A stretch of 64,000 nucleotides of DNA from positions 3,968,001 through 4,032,000 of the forward strand of contig OU015569.1 of NCBI GenBank assembly GCA_907165135.1. Reading direction: 5' to 3'. This DNA is from Oikopleura dioica (lineage: Eukaryota; Animalia; Chordata). The notes beneath the pieces were generated by a model. That model did no database searches. It saw only the letters and a list, made by a program, of their open reading frames with translations, and was not told the origin of the DNA. Below are positions 1 to 10,903 of the stretch, piece by piece (position 1 is the first letter of the stretch; each line of letters starts with the position of its first letter). The translations under genes and the position numbers were made by a program.

Positions 1-32
1 ACGCTCACTTTTACACTATATCTCTGTCTTAC

Positions 33-228
33 CCTGAAGTTGTTCCCGGTCAGTATTCATCTCGACGATTAATAGCAAACGACAGTTGGATCTCACGAAT
101 TCAAAATATTTTCTTGCAAGTGCAAAATTTTCCTTTCGCAGATGGGTTTTATACGGTTCATGTCCGGCACTGACAAACCAGAGCACCACGAACGAGCCAC
201 CGTGAGAAGAAAGCCGTTGTCGATTCAA
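33..228 (-). CDS. Possible coding exon of a gene running off the left edge (product unknown)
   Basis: Open frame LNRQRLSSHGGSFVVLWFVSAGHEPYK...REQLQ ends at a strong donor CAG G|GTAAG (GT at 32-31). No recognisable domain. Confidence 0.2.
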
Positions 229-867
229 ATGAAAAACTCAGAGCGCGCAGTCCGACTTGCCGTTGTTGATGAAATCTTGCTACCCCGGTGACCTTAGTCT
301 GATTTTCAGATTTGACGTTTCCTTGAAAAGTCATTCCGGCATTTCAAGCCAGGGGCTGACAAAACTTCTTTCTGTTGGGAAATTCAATATTTCAAGGATT
401 TCCAAGCAAGCTCATTTCATTTTCATAAAACTTAGTCGCGCGAGTTGTGTCAAATTTATAATTAAAAATTTTCTTCCTTGATCCCATAGATAAATAAAAT
501 TTGTTGCACAACTGTGGTAGTATGACTTGGTACTTCTATTTGCATGAGGTAAATTCGAAATATAATGAAGACATTTTAGGTAAGTATCGTAACATAAGTA
601 ACGTATACTGTATTGGCAATACAGCATTTCACAAGTAAGATACCACAAGTAAGATTAGTTTACAACAAATTGAAGGAGATTCTATTGAGACAGATATGTT
701 TCAGTGTTAATCCAAATCTGTCTCATATAACTCGCAAATAATGTCCGAGATGATTTTTGTAAGCCATTTTAATTCGTGAGATCATAAAATTTATTATCGA
801 TTCTGAGCAATCTTCGTCGACCCATTTTTACGTTGAAAACCGAGTTTTTACGGGGCCCCGTCGGTCC

Positions 868-958
868 GGCTGGCTAGCGCAAGTGGTAAAGCCGCCGGAC
901 TGAAGAGGCGAGTCGGGTTGAGTCCACTGCAGGTGGCAGGTTCGATTCCCTCTCCCGA
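868..958 (+). ncRNA. tRNA-derived Pol III-type unit (SINE head or tRNA pseudogene)
   Basis: A box TAGCGCAAGTGG at 875-886, perfect B box GGTTCGATTCC at 939-949, and a Phe-like loop CTGAAGA at 900-906. The anticodon, T and acceptor stems do not pair, so it is not a functional tRNA. Confidence 0.6.
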
Positions 959-1024
959 GGTAAGTTTATCGTCACTCGAATGTATATCGATGGCGATCTA
1001 CATAACTAAAGGATACTCCCCAAA

Positions 1025-1121
1025 AAACGCGCCTATCTGAACGAGCTCAAACTTGGAGAAGATAGGCGGTTTCTCTGGTAAACACCGGAAGTCTCCGTGA
1101 CTAGGTGAGCCAGAGTTTTTT
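1025..1121. other. Two adjacent hairpins followed by a T6 tract
   Basis: CGCCTATCT (1030-1038) pairs with AGATAGGCG (1060-1068). Nested stem CTCTGG/CCAGAG (1073-1078/1110-1115), CACC/GGTG, AGTC/GACT. T6 at 1116-1121. Confidence 0.55.
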
Positions 1122-1871
1122 CTGCAACTTTTTTTTATCATACCCATGTGTTGAAGATGTACAATTCATGTACATCCTATGCTTTCGAATATGCCTGTGG
1201 AAAATATGAAGCTATTTTGAGTATGCATCTGCCAAAAAAATATCAGACCAAAGAATGAAAACTACAAGCATGAAGAAGGTGCTTTTTTCGCCTGATTCAT
1301 ACTTTAGATAGAATTTATAACAAAAACTGGACGGAAATTGGTGTTTATTTTTTTCTGAAAAACGGATTTCAATATGGATAAAGAACAGAGGAATAGAGAA
1401 CCGGGAGCCGATGCGTAACATTGAAATAGGTTGGGAGAAAAGCAGGGAATTAATCGTTCCTTGTGTTCGTTCTGAAAATATGTTTAGAAAAAGCGCGACG
1501 GCTTATGGTACCTTTATTTCGTTAGGTATTGTTTCTTGATCACTTTTGAGCTGAAGGCTGTTCGAATCCTTCTTCTGTCTTGGCTTTTTCACGCTTCTGG
1601 GGCCGGTTATAATTTCTGCTTTTTTATTATATAGAGAAATAAAGTCTTAGTTGAGGGGGCGGCTCCACCGAAGGCTTTCTAAAAGGAGGAAGAAGGTAGG
1701 GTGGAATAAACGTAGTAAGTAATGGGTGATTAGTAGTTGGCGAAATGGACTTGAGGGCCTCAACTTGAGGCTGACTTCGAGTGAGCAAATTGTGAAATCA
1801 CAGGCGATCAAATATTCATTTGGGTGGAGGAAAGGCACGAGAGGATGAAAGCCTGGCTGTGGAGGGACGTT

Positions 1872-3375
1872 TTATTTTTTGGTAGAACCGGAGGCCTTTT
1901 CAACAGCTTTGCACTGAGATTTTTGTTTGAGCATCGTCCAGTCGAAAACGTAGTCATAGCTGGAAAAGGGTATCCAATGCGAATTCAACTACGTTCCTAT
2001 AGAAACTCACATCATCAAAAATGTGATTCTACTTTCGCAAGACAAATAATGATTATCTCCGTTGATCTGGATACCCTGGATATGATTCAGCTGCGTGGGG
2101 TTCATTTTATGGTCATTTATAATTTAAAAATTAAATGATACTTATTATTTCTGGATTTAGTTTAGCTAATTTTTCATTAATATTTAGTAAATTTTCAACC
2201 CGTATTCGTTCGGAAGAGGATTCTGAAGAGCAAAATTTATTTTTGAAAAAGTTACAATCTTTAACCTGAAGAGCTGTCGAAGGTACATGTAATCAGGCGC
2301 TTCTTCGAACCGAAGACCTCTGCAGTAGTTCAGATACATGGAGAACTCGGCGGGGAATCCCTTGGCGAGAATGTCGACAGGCGTAGACATTTTCTTCTCG
2401 GAAATTCTTTCCTAGAAAAGAAATTCTATTTCTGAAAAGGAAGAACGCTCGTACGTATTTCTGTCGTTTCGTGGCGGCCTTGAGACCCTGCCAGGGCAGA
2501 GAGGATCGGTTGAAGTACATGAGAACATAGCCCATCGATTCCATGTCGTCTCGTCGGGACTGTTCGATGCCCAAATGGGCGTTGATCGAGGCGTATCGCG
2601 CTGTGCCAGTGAGATTCTTGTCCTCGCGGTAGGGAATGTGTTGCCGCGTTCGCACGTCGCGGTATTTCTTTGCGAGACCGAAATCGATCAAGAAGAGTTT
2701 GTTGCAGTGTCGCCCGATACCCATAAGGAAATTGTCCGGCTAATGTGGTAAGTTTAAAGGAAAAGGCTCCTCTGCAATCTGTTTTTACCTTGATGTCACG
2801 GTGAATGAAGGATTTATTGTGGACGTATTCGACGCGGGAGATCATTTGATCTAAATTATGTAAAAACAGGAACACGCAAGAGAGTTTTACCTGCGAGCAT
2901 CAAGACCGTCTTCATGGTAAATCGTCGGCCGCAGAAGTTGAAGAGGTCCTCTAACGAAGGACCGAGAAGATCCATCACCAACACATTGTAATCGCGCTCC
3001 GTTCCGTACCAGCGAATGTGTGGAATTCCAATTCCGCCGTGAAGAATCTTGTACAACTTGGACTCATATAGCAGTTGGGGATGTCGCGCCTAAATTACCG
3101 ATCCAAAGTTAAGAAATTCTTCAAGAATCGAGAGAGCACCTTGATTGACTCCAACTTGATGGCAACTTCTTCGCCATTGGAAATGTTGATTCCAAGATAG
3201 ATGTCACCGAATGACCCCGACCCAATCTTTCTGACGAGCCTGTACTTGGAGGCGACGACGAAATGTCCTATATGGTTGATTTTACCCTGAAATTCGCAGA
3301 AACGGTGCTACCTTTGTAGGAATTGGGAAGTGGATAATTGGTCGGGGGCATATTGTTTATGTTACCATCTGCCAT
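1872..3375 (-). CDS. CSNK1A1: Casein kinase I alpha
   Basis: Exons 3375-3366, 3267-3140, 3089-2891, 2850-2789, 2739-2455, 2411-2266, 2222-2200, (2090-2075), 1959-1872, all with GT-AG introns. Translation gives [57 protein letters not shown] and [13 protein letters not shown], near-identical to CK1-alpha. Confidence 0.97.
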
Positions 3376-4749
3376 TGTCCGATTCTTCAGTCTTAAATGC
3401 CTAAACGGACTCGATTAAAAGTAGTTAAAGCAAAATTGAAATGATAATAAGAAACGCCGATAACACTGACATGAGCATCATCGACTGAATGAAAAAAAAA
3501 ACAAAAATAAATCAAGCGGACGAGTTGAACTTCAAAGGATAAGATTCAGAGTGAAACCAACGTTTGAGCTTTTTCATTTTAGAAATCGCTGCATCACAAA
3601 TTTGCACCGATTGAGAAGAAAGGGAGAAAGAGCAAGCACGACAGCCCGTCGAGCGGAGATTTTTGATATTAAAAAGATATTGGAGAACTGCGCGAAGCTT
3701 GGAGGAAGATAAATTTTCTCGCAAAGAAAAAAGGTATTTTTCCAAGTTTGATTCGTAAAAAATGAGGATGGGGGATTATAAGCAGGACAGAATGATCGAT
3801 CAAGGAATGTCACCAATTAACTTGAATTAACACTTTCATTCGATTTCAATAATGATATAATTATCATCATTCGATGAAAGTGAGGATTTTGGAAGAAAAT
3901 TATTCTCGGATTTAATTTTTATACTGAAGGTAGATGTGTGTGAGTGGCTTCCGCGGAAAGTGATAAATTTCAGCATATTCAAGTCAGGGTCACAGGACCA
4001 TTTCTGACGCTACCAAAAATATGCAAATAAAGGCCTAAAATCGATGCTTCTGGGATGAAAATAAAGAAAGCGAGCAAGAACGGAACTGATTACAATGAGC
4101 AGAATACACGGAGACTTATTTCGGACGGCTTATTTTTGAAAAAGACGCTGCCAAAGACTCTTGTTGTCATATTTTTCTAGAATCACGATTCCTGAACTAT
4201 TTTCCTCTTTACAAGAAAATCATGTGGAAAAGGGTTCTAGAAAAAAATTACTCAAGCAACTTTGACGATCATTTTTCTGGCGGAAAAGAAATGTAGCTGG
4301 ATGAATCACTTCATTCTCAGTCTTTCTTTCAGTCTAAAAAGCAGCTAAATAAGCAAAATTTTGTTTTAACGCAGAAAACAGACAAGGGCAAAGGTTGAAA
4401 GTCGAGGAAAGGGAGCACTACGAGGAACAGCGCGAGGAACAGCGTGAAATGCGGAAGAAGTGAAGGAAAAAGAAAGGAAAATCACTTTTTATTTGGAAAA
4501 TGGCTTCTCGAAGGGGCCAATCGAGAGGCGCCGCGGCCGAGCCAACCGCGCTCTTGAGTCCTCCACCGAGAACCACAATCTTACAACTTCAAACTTCAAA
4601 AAGAACGAATTTACTAAAGCCAAAATACTCTCAAACTCTCAACCTCCACCTTTGCAATTGGTATCTCTCAATGTTTTCGTTTATTTAATACCAATAAGTG
4701 CCTTCTTTTATTTAATTTATTTATTTGTTAAATTTGTTGAATTCAATTA

Positions 4750-4951
4750 CAGTAAAAACGCCTGGTCTGAGACGGCCTTAATCAACAAAAGCGTCCCAAA
4801 CCAGACGTTTTTTCATTTTCCTCTCTAGCGCCAATTTCACCCGCAATAAGTTAAAAATCACCGCCTGGAGCGTGTGCCTTTGATCTTTAAACGGCCCGAC
4901 CGTCCCAAACCAGGCGTATTTTTGACCGTCCCAGACCAGGCGTTTATATTG
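4750..4951. mobile_element. 202-bp MITE with TA target-site duplication (Tc1/mariner-type)
   Basis: 26-bp TIRs CAGTAAAAACGCCTGGTCTGAGACGG versus CAATATAAACGCCTGGTCTGGGACGG (23/26). TA flanks at 4748-4749 and 4952-4953. Internal copies of CGTCCCARACCAGRCGT at 4792, 4901 and 4927. Confidence 0.85.
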
Positions 4952-5558
4952 TAAAAGTGTTCGCCTTCATTCGATACGTTATCAATATTGATAATCCGAC
5001 AAAATTCTTCGCTCGTATTCTGTACTGCACTGGGAATGCTTTTACCGAAATATTACTATTTCTTCCATCGAAAAGTGCTCTTATCTTTCATATTTTATTA
5101 TCTTTCATGACTATATTTAAATCGGACCCAATTTTCATTCTTATAACAAAGGTCAAAGCGGAATCCCAGTCGAAGAGACAGTATCTTATAGAGCAAATAA
5201 ATAAAGACATTAGGCAAGATTCTGCCCAAAACATTTGCCTAAAAGGGGAGAAATTTGGAATGAAACAGAACTACACTGTACTGCTATTGAACCTTTTTTT
5301 AATGGCACTCGATGTTTCATCGTTCTTGAGAAAACCTCTCGCTGATTATCGACTAATAATTAGAGTATCTATATCAGCTTCGAGAGTTCCCTGTCGTGTA
5401 GAATTCGGTAATTGAGCAGAGCTGACTTCTTTCATTGACGCAGTTTTCGAATTCCGAAAATCACTTCAGACAAGCCAAAAACTTCATAGAGAAATTATTT
5501 TTGAAATTAGTGAAAATCGCTCTTTTTAAAAAGATGTTTCTTTTTCAGGAGGCTCGGG

Positions 5559-8500
5559 ATGGAGGCACTACCGTTTCTGCCGTTCGTCCAAATTCCGCCG
5601 AAGCTAACAGAAACGAACGTCACTCCCTCTTTATCTGGTGCTATTCGTGTGGCCATCGCACAAACGTAAGTTCAACCCCTCTTGCTTGTTCGTGTTTTGT
5701 CGAGCTTTATAATTTTCGCAGGGGGAGGAATCCAGACGAGCATCTTGGCGGCCTGCGTGAGTTCGAGACGCTGCGGAATGCGATGATCGTTGCGATCGGC
5801 GATAGTGCCATTCACAAGTCCTTTCTTGCTGGACCAAGGCTAGGGCTCAGCATATTTTCCGACGACTCTTTTTCGTTACTTAATCTAAAGCCCGCCCTCA
5901 GTTATTACGATGTCTACGGAGACGCGCTTCGGCAATATGCCGTCCAGGCAACTTCGATCTTTAAGCGCTTCAATGGAATTTACATCGAGGGAAATTCGTG
6001 GCAAACGGCGAATCAAAAGAGGAACACTGTAAAGTCCGATACAATGGCGTTTGAGATGGCCAGTGCTCTGTGGAACCATTCGCATTACCTGACCATTCAC
6101 GCGTTGCATGAACTGTCGCTTGAAAACGACGAGAACATCAAACAAGCAGCGACGAACTTCCAGCAAGCGGCCGGATGCCTGACTTACATTCTCGGAAAGT
6201 GCCATGATCTCCCTGGCAAAGATCTCTCGCCTGCCAACATCAAGCTGGGTTCAGTTCTTTTAAATAAGCAACCAGTTGATTGAAATTTTGAGTTTGAACC
6301 CAATTGAAGTTTATAGTCCTGCTCATGCTGCAGCAAGCACACGAAGTTATTGTGATTAAAGCTTTGCGCGACAGTAAACTGCAGAAAACTGCTGCCAAGC
6401 TAGCCTGGACCTGCGCCGATTACTGTGAGCAGCTTGAAGCACTTTTGCCGGAAGAAGCGGGCTACAAATCGTCGGAAATCAAGTTTCTGAAGACATGGAT
6501 CGTCTTCAAAATGGAATTCTTCCAGGCGATTACTCATTTCTGCCAGGGAATGGACGCCGAGGAGAGAAAAGAATACGGCCAGGCAGTGACGTACTTTAGG
6601 CAGGCGAGACAATGTCTCGGAAACTCGCAGAAACAGGCGGCCAAGCTCGATTCCGATAATGACTTGGCGGCGGCATTGGGATACGCGGACGATGTTATCA
6701 ATGGAAAATGCACATCCGCGGAAAACGACAATGAGTTTATCTACCACATGGCCGTCAAGGAAAGCCTCCCACCACCAGGGACTATTTCGAAACCTATTGT
6801 GAACGCAGTTCCGTGGGAGCCAGACGATCGAGAATATTTTGGAGACGTTATATCAGAAGATATCTTTATTTCGAATTCGAACTATTCGGACCGCCTGGAT
6901 CAGCTTTGGCGGGACATCAGCAAAGAAATAGACGACAAAAACAATGAGCTAAAGAGCTGTAAAGAAGCGCTTGTTATTGCTGGAATCGATTTAGAGAGCG
7001 AGAAGACCGACCGATCAGTTCTTCCTGAGAGTCTCATTCAAGCAGCTGCACAAGCAGAAAAAATGCGAAACAATTGTTCGAAGCTCACGACATGTCTCAA
7101 GTCAATCAGCAAGTACGAAAGTCAGGTCGACGAAAAAATAAATGCAGCAGAGAAAAAATTCGTCGCTGACGAAGAAATGCTCAAAAACTGTCCACCGGGC
7201 GATAGTCGAGCTAAATTCGATAAAGATCCGGCTTGGCTTGCTCTTCATGCGCGGATTATGAAAATTAAGAAAGCCGCTGATCAATCGAAGGGCCCAACAT
7301 TAACATGCAAGGATGCAGCTTCGCTGATGGCTGAAAAACTCGAAATGCTAGGAAAGGGACTAGAAGCTGTTCGCGAGGAGCTCCCGGCTGTAGTCATTTC
7401 AGACGACGACGCAGAAGCAATAGGCATGGTGTCGATGCTTCTTTCCAAGATCAGAGAAATGGAAAATCAACGAGAAGAGCAGAAAAAGCTGTTGAAAGAC
7501 GAGCTCGATGCGGACAACATCACGGGTAAATTAGCAGGAGAGCCAGAGCATCTTCACTCAAAAATATTCGACACTGAGATCGCCAAGCACGACATACGAA
7601 TCGGATATCTCCGTCAGAACCTTTCTGCCCAAGGCAACATCTTGGCTGTTTTAGATGACGCGCGAGTCAACTATGCAGGGAAAGGATGCTGATTTTTTTC
7701 ATATTCGTATTGAAAATTCGACCACTTCTCGGTCGCCTTCATAGGCGGAGTAAATAAATACTCCCACTTTACACCTACGATAACTTTTTTCCTCGCGAGA
7801 ACGTTCATTCGAGCGGGAGCGTAGGAATTTAGCGGCGTGATAATCCATAGCGCTGCTTTGAAATTGTTCGCTAGGCGCCAAACGAAAAAAAAACGGTTCG
7901 TTCGCTCAAATCATTTTCAAAAAAAATGCGAGAAAAGGGAGAAATATCAGCATCCCTAATTAAGAGATCTACAGACGTAAAAGAGACTCGACACAGCTTT
8001 ACGATGAAAAATGCTCGCAACTGATAAACGCTATAATCAATTACGACAAGATCTACGAGAAATTGATAGGAGGCCAAAAACTCCTCGAAAAGATTCTCGG
8101 CGAACTTGCGAAGCTCGATTCTCCACTGGAATCCGCGGCAACGCAACGTTCGCAGGCACTACAAAAACTAACAGCCCCCAAACGCCCAGAAAAACCTAAA
8201 CCGGTCGGGAACGCAACAGCTAATCTTCCTAAAGAGATGTTGGAGGAACTGAAAGCGCTGGGACTTGAAGATGACCAAGAGTTCATTGAATTCTTAAAAA
8301 GCTCTGGCGAAATGAAAAACGCTGCGAGCCCTTCCCAGCCGCCTGCAAACATTCCAAAACTCCCCGGTATATCGCCGAAGAAAGTGGCAAATGCGATGCG
8401 CGGCGGGGCTCCTTCTGCTCGGAACTATGAGCCACCAAATTATCAGACTCCAATCAGACCCGTCAAAGCAGCTCCACCACAATTTAACAGGCCATTGCCG

Positions 8501-10839
8501 GCAGATACAAGGAATGTGCAGTCATACAACGGTGGTCCTTCCGTTTCTGCAACTTCCGATTTGCCGCCAAAAATGAACTTTGATTCGACAGTTCGACCCA
8601 CCAAAACAAACGAAACTTATAACTTTCCTGCTTCTACACAGCAAGCTCCGACCATGAATTCGCCAAATGCTAGCTCAGAAGCGGCAACTGAACAATTTAA
8701 AAATGGAAAAACCGAGATCATTCCCGACCAAGGCACGAATATAAACGAAGTTGGTCCATCAAATACAGATCAAGTTCAATCTCAAGTGGACATCTCCAAG
8801 TTTAATCAACAACAGCATCTCCAGCAGCAACGAATGTTCAACTTTCAGCAGCAAGAACTCCAGAAACAGCAGTGGATGATGCAGCAGCAATTCCAAGCCC
8901 AGATGCAGCAGCAGCAACAGCAGATTGAGATGAAACGACGAGAACATGAAGCAAAGCTAGCTCACGAACGTCGAACGATGATGGAGCAAATGAAACAAAT
9001 GGAACAAGAGCGCTCGAAGCTAGAAGATGAACGCCTCAAATTCGAGAAAGAAAGAAAAAATCACCAAGATCATGAGAAACCAAGAGTCCAGTATGTGGCT
9101 CCTATGCCTCAGATGCCACCATCCTCGAGCTTCCAATCACAGCCAACTGGCGAGCAGTGGCTTCTCCAATATCGAAGCCAACATCAGCAACAAAGTACTG
9201 GAGCTCCTGGGAGAAATCCAACTCAGAATTTCGCTCAAGCAAATGTTCAAGGACCAATGCACTACCCGGTAGCACCTGCTGGGCCAAAATTTGTCCCTGT
9301 TTCTCGCCAAAGTCTTACAAGCTCTCCAGCTTCTACCCCTGCGCCTGCAACAAAGATTAAACAACCTTATCGGATGCCTATCATGGCTAATCTTCCCCAT
9401 CCAATCATGCCGCAGATGAGCCAGCAGCCAGTACCTCGTCCAACTAACCCTGTGCAATCAAGTCAAAGCAATCACTCAGTAATACGACAGCCCAACCAGC
9501 CTCCACTGTTGAGACCCACTATCACCTCTAAGCCAATTAACTCCATCGTACCAGTTCCGCAGACAAACTCGATCGCGACGTCAGAGATGAAGAGTACTCA
9601 AGCGAATCGAACTGAGAGCAATTTCGATTTATTATCGAACCTAAGCGAGTTCACTCCCTCACCTACAGAAAAGCCGACAAAAATTCAGAACGCTCAAACG
9701 GTACCAGTTTCAACCAGCTTCGAAACGACCAATTTGCTCAACAAAATTTCCACACTTTCGGCTTCTCGCATTACTCCTCGCCTGGCGAAAGTACCAGACC
9801 ATGCGATTCACTTAATCACGAATACAACGTACCCACCTGACCAATTTCGGATTATGAATAAAACCATCGCTGCCGCCCGATGCTCCACGCAGCATAATCG
9901 CCAACAACAATGTAATTAAAGCTTATCTCTTGTATATTTATATAAATTATTCTCTCAGTGGTTCCCTACGATGAGAACCGCGTTATTCTTCGTGGCCCGG
10001 GGAATGATTACATCAATGCTTCAAGAGTATCCACAATGTGCACCAGTATACCTTTTGCGATCGTTAGTGAAACACCTCTCCCGCCATCTCAAGATGATCT
10101 CTGGCGTATGGCTTGGCAAGAAAATGTAAGAGATTCGATTTTCTGGTTTGTGTTAACAAGGCGAATCTAGATTGAAATTTTGGTGATGATTGCCTCTCCG
10201 GAAGAAGCTACGGATGATTCCATCATGTCTTGGCATCCCAGAGGCTCGAACAGACAATTTCCGCGGGCCGGAATTATCGTCGAGTCTAGAGTAACCGAGA
10301 AGTCAGATTTTGTTTCCGTGTACAATGTTACTTTGTCGAAACAGAATATCAAGGTAAATCTGAGGACTCGCTTTGCATTCTTAATATATATACATAAGCG
10401 CATAGATTTCTTTTAATATCCTTATTATAGCGCACGATATCTGTTTACGAAATCACGCAGTGGGCGGCCCAGCTTACTCCTAATATCGAAGCTCTCGGTG
10501 CGGTAACCGCGAAGATTGCGACACGATTTATCAATCAGCGATCGAAAGATATTCCTATCACGTTCATGAGGTATTCTGTTTAAGAAAACACCGAATTTAA
10601 GCCTTTCCTTTAGTTCAAATGGTGACGCACGATGCGGAACTTTGCTATTTATTATTGTTCTTCTGATAGCACCCGACTTTCACCCCCTTTCGCTTTACAA
10701 AACCCTTCAAGAATCCCGTAGTTCACTTCTGATGTCTCGTATTTCAAAACCAGGTACTATCGATTAAAGGACTATTCGTATTCAGTCATGTTTTTTAGCT
10801 CTGGACATATTCAAATCAATCAACTCCCACATTTCATAA
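5559..10839 (+). CDS. PTPN23: HD-PTP / tyrosine-protein phosphatase non-receptor type 23 (Bro1, V domain, Gln/Pro-rich region, PTP-like domain)
   Basis: N-terminus MEALPFLPFV resembles PTPN23 MEAVPRMPMI. Bro1 motifs AFEMASALWN and LLMLQQAHE; V-domain ELDADNITGKL; long Q/P-rich exon 7965-9911; PTP motifs VPYDENRVIL, DYINAS and LWRMAWQENV. Stop TAA at 10837-10839. Confidence 0.9.
7679..7964 (+). other. Non-canonical GG-AG intron with terminal inverted repeat
   Basis: Needed to join ...VNYA to EIYRRKRD... in frame. GGATGCTGAT (7684-7693) is the perfect reverse complement of ATCAGCATCC (7946-7955). Confidence 0.75.
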
Positions 10840-10903
10840 TGTATAAAGTTCAATTCTTCCTGTTCCACGTCGAATTTCTTCTTCTCCGCCTTCAAAGATT
10901 TCT

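Noticed and set aside
868-958. Functional tRNA-Phe or bona fide vault RNA
   Set aside because: The anticodon, T and acceptor stems do not pair, and the vault-type 3' CCAGYC-TTTT closing stem is absent.
2011-2028. Alternative 18-nt CK1-alpha micro-exon (AG...GTGAG)
   Set aside because: It introduces an in-frame TGA in the required phase.
4420-4446. Tandem CGAGGAACAGCG duplication and ORF 4460-4828
   Set aside because: Only two units, no spacers, so not CRISPR-like. The ORF runs into AT-rich sequence and the MITE.
6246-6302. 8-bp inverted repeat TGGGTTCA/TGAACCCA at a GT-AG intron
   Set aside because: It overlaps the exon and ends 14 nt before the acceptor, out of register. A match this short could be chance.
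8810-8935. CAG-rich stretch as an independent repeat element
   Set aside because: It is the poly-Gln coding region of PTPN23.
6400-9457. Antisense ORFs over PTPN23 (6400-6747, 8053-8352, 9137-9457 and others)
   Set aside because: Shadow frames of the coding strand with no domain features.
5435-10416. Split ORFs in the track read as frameshifted pseudogenes
   Set aside because: All breaks are explained by short introns with plausible splice sites.
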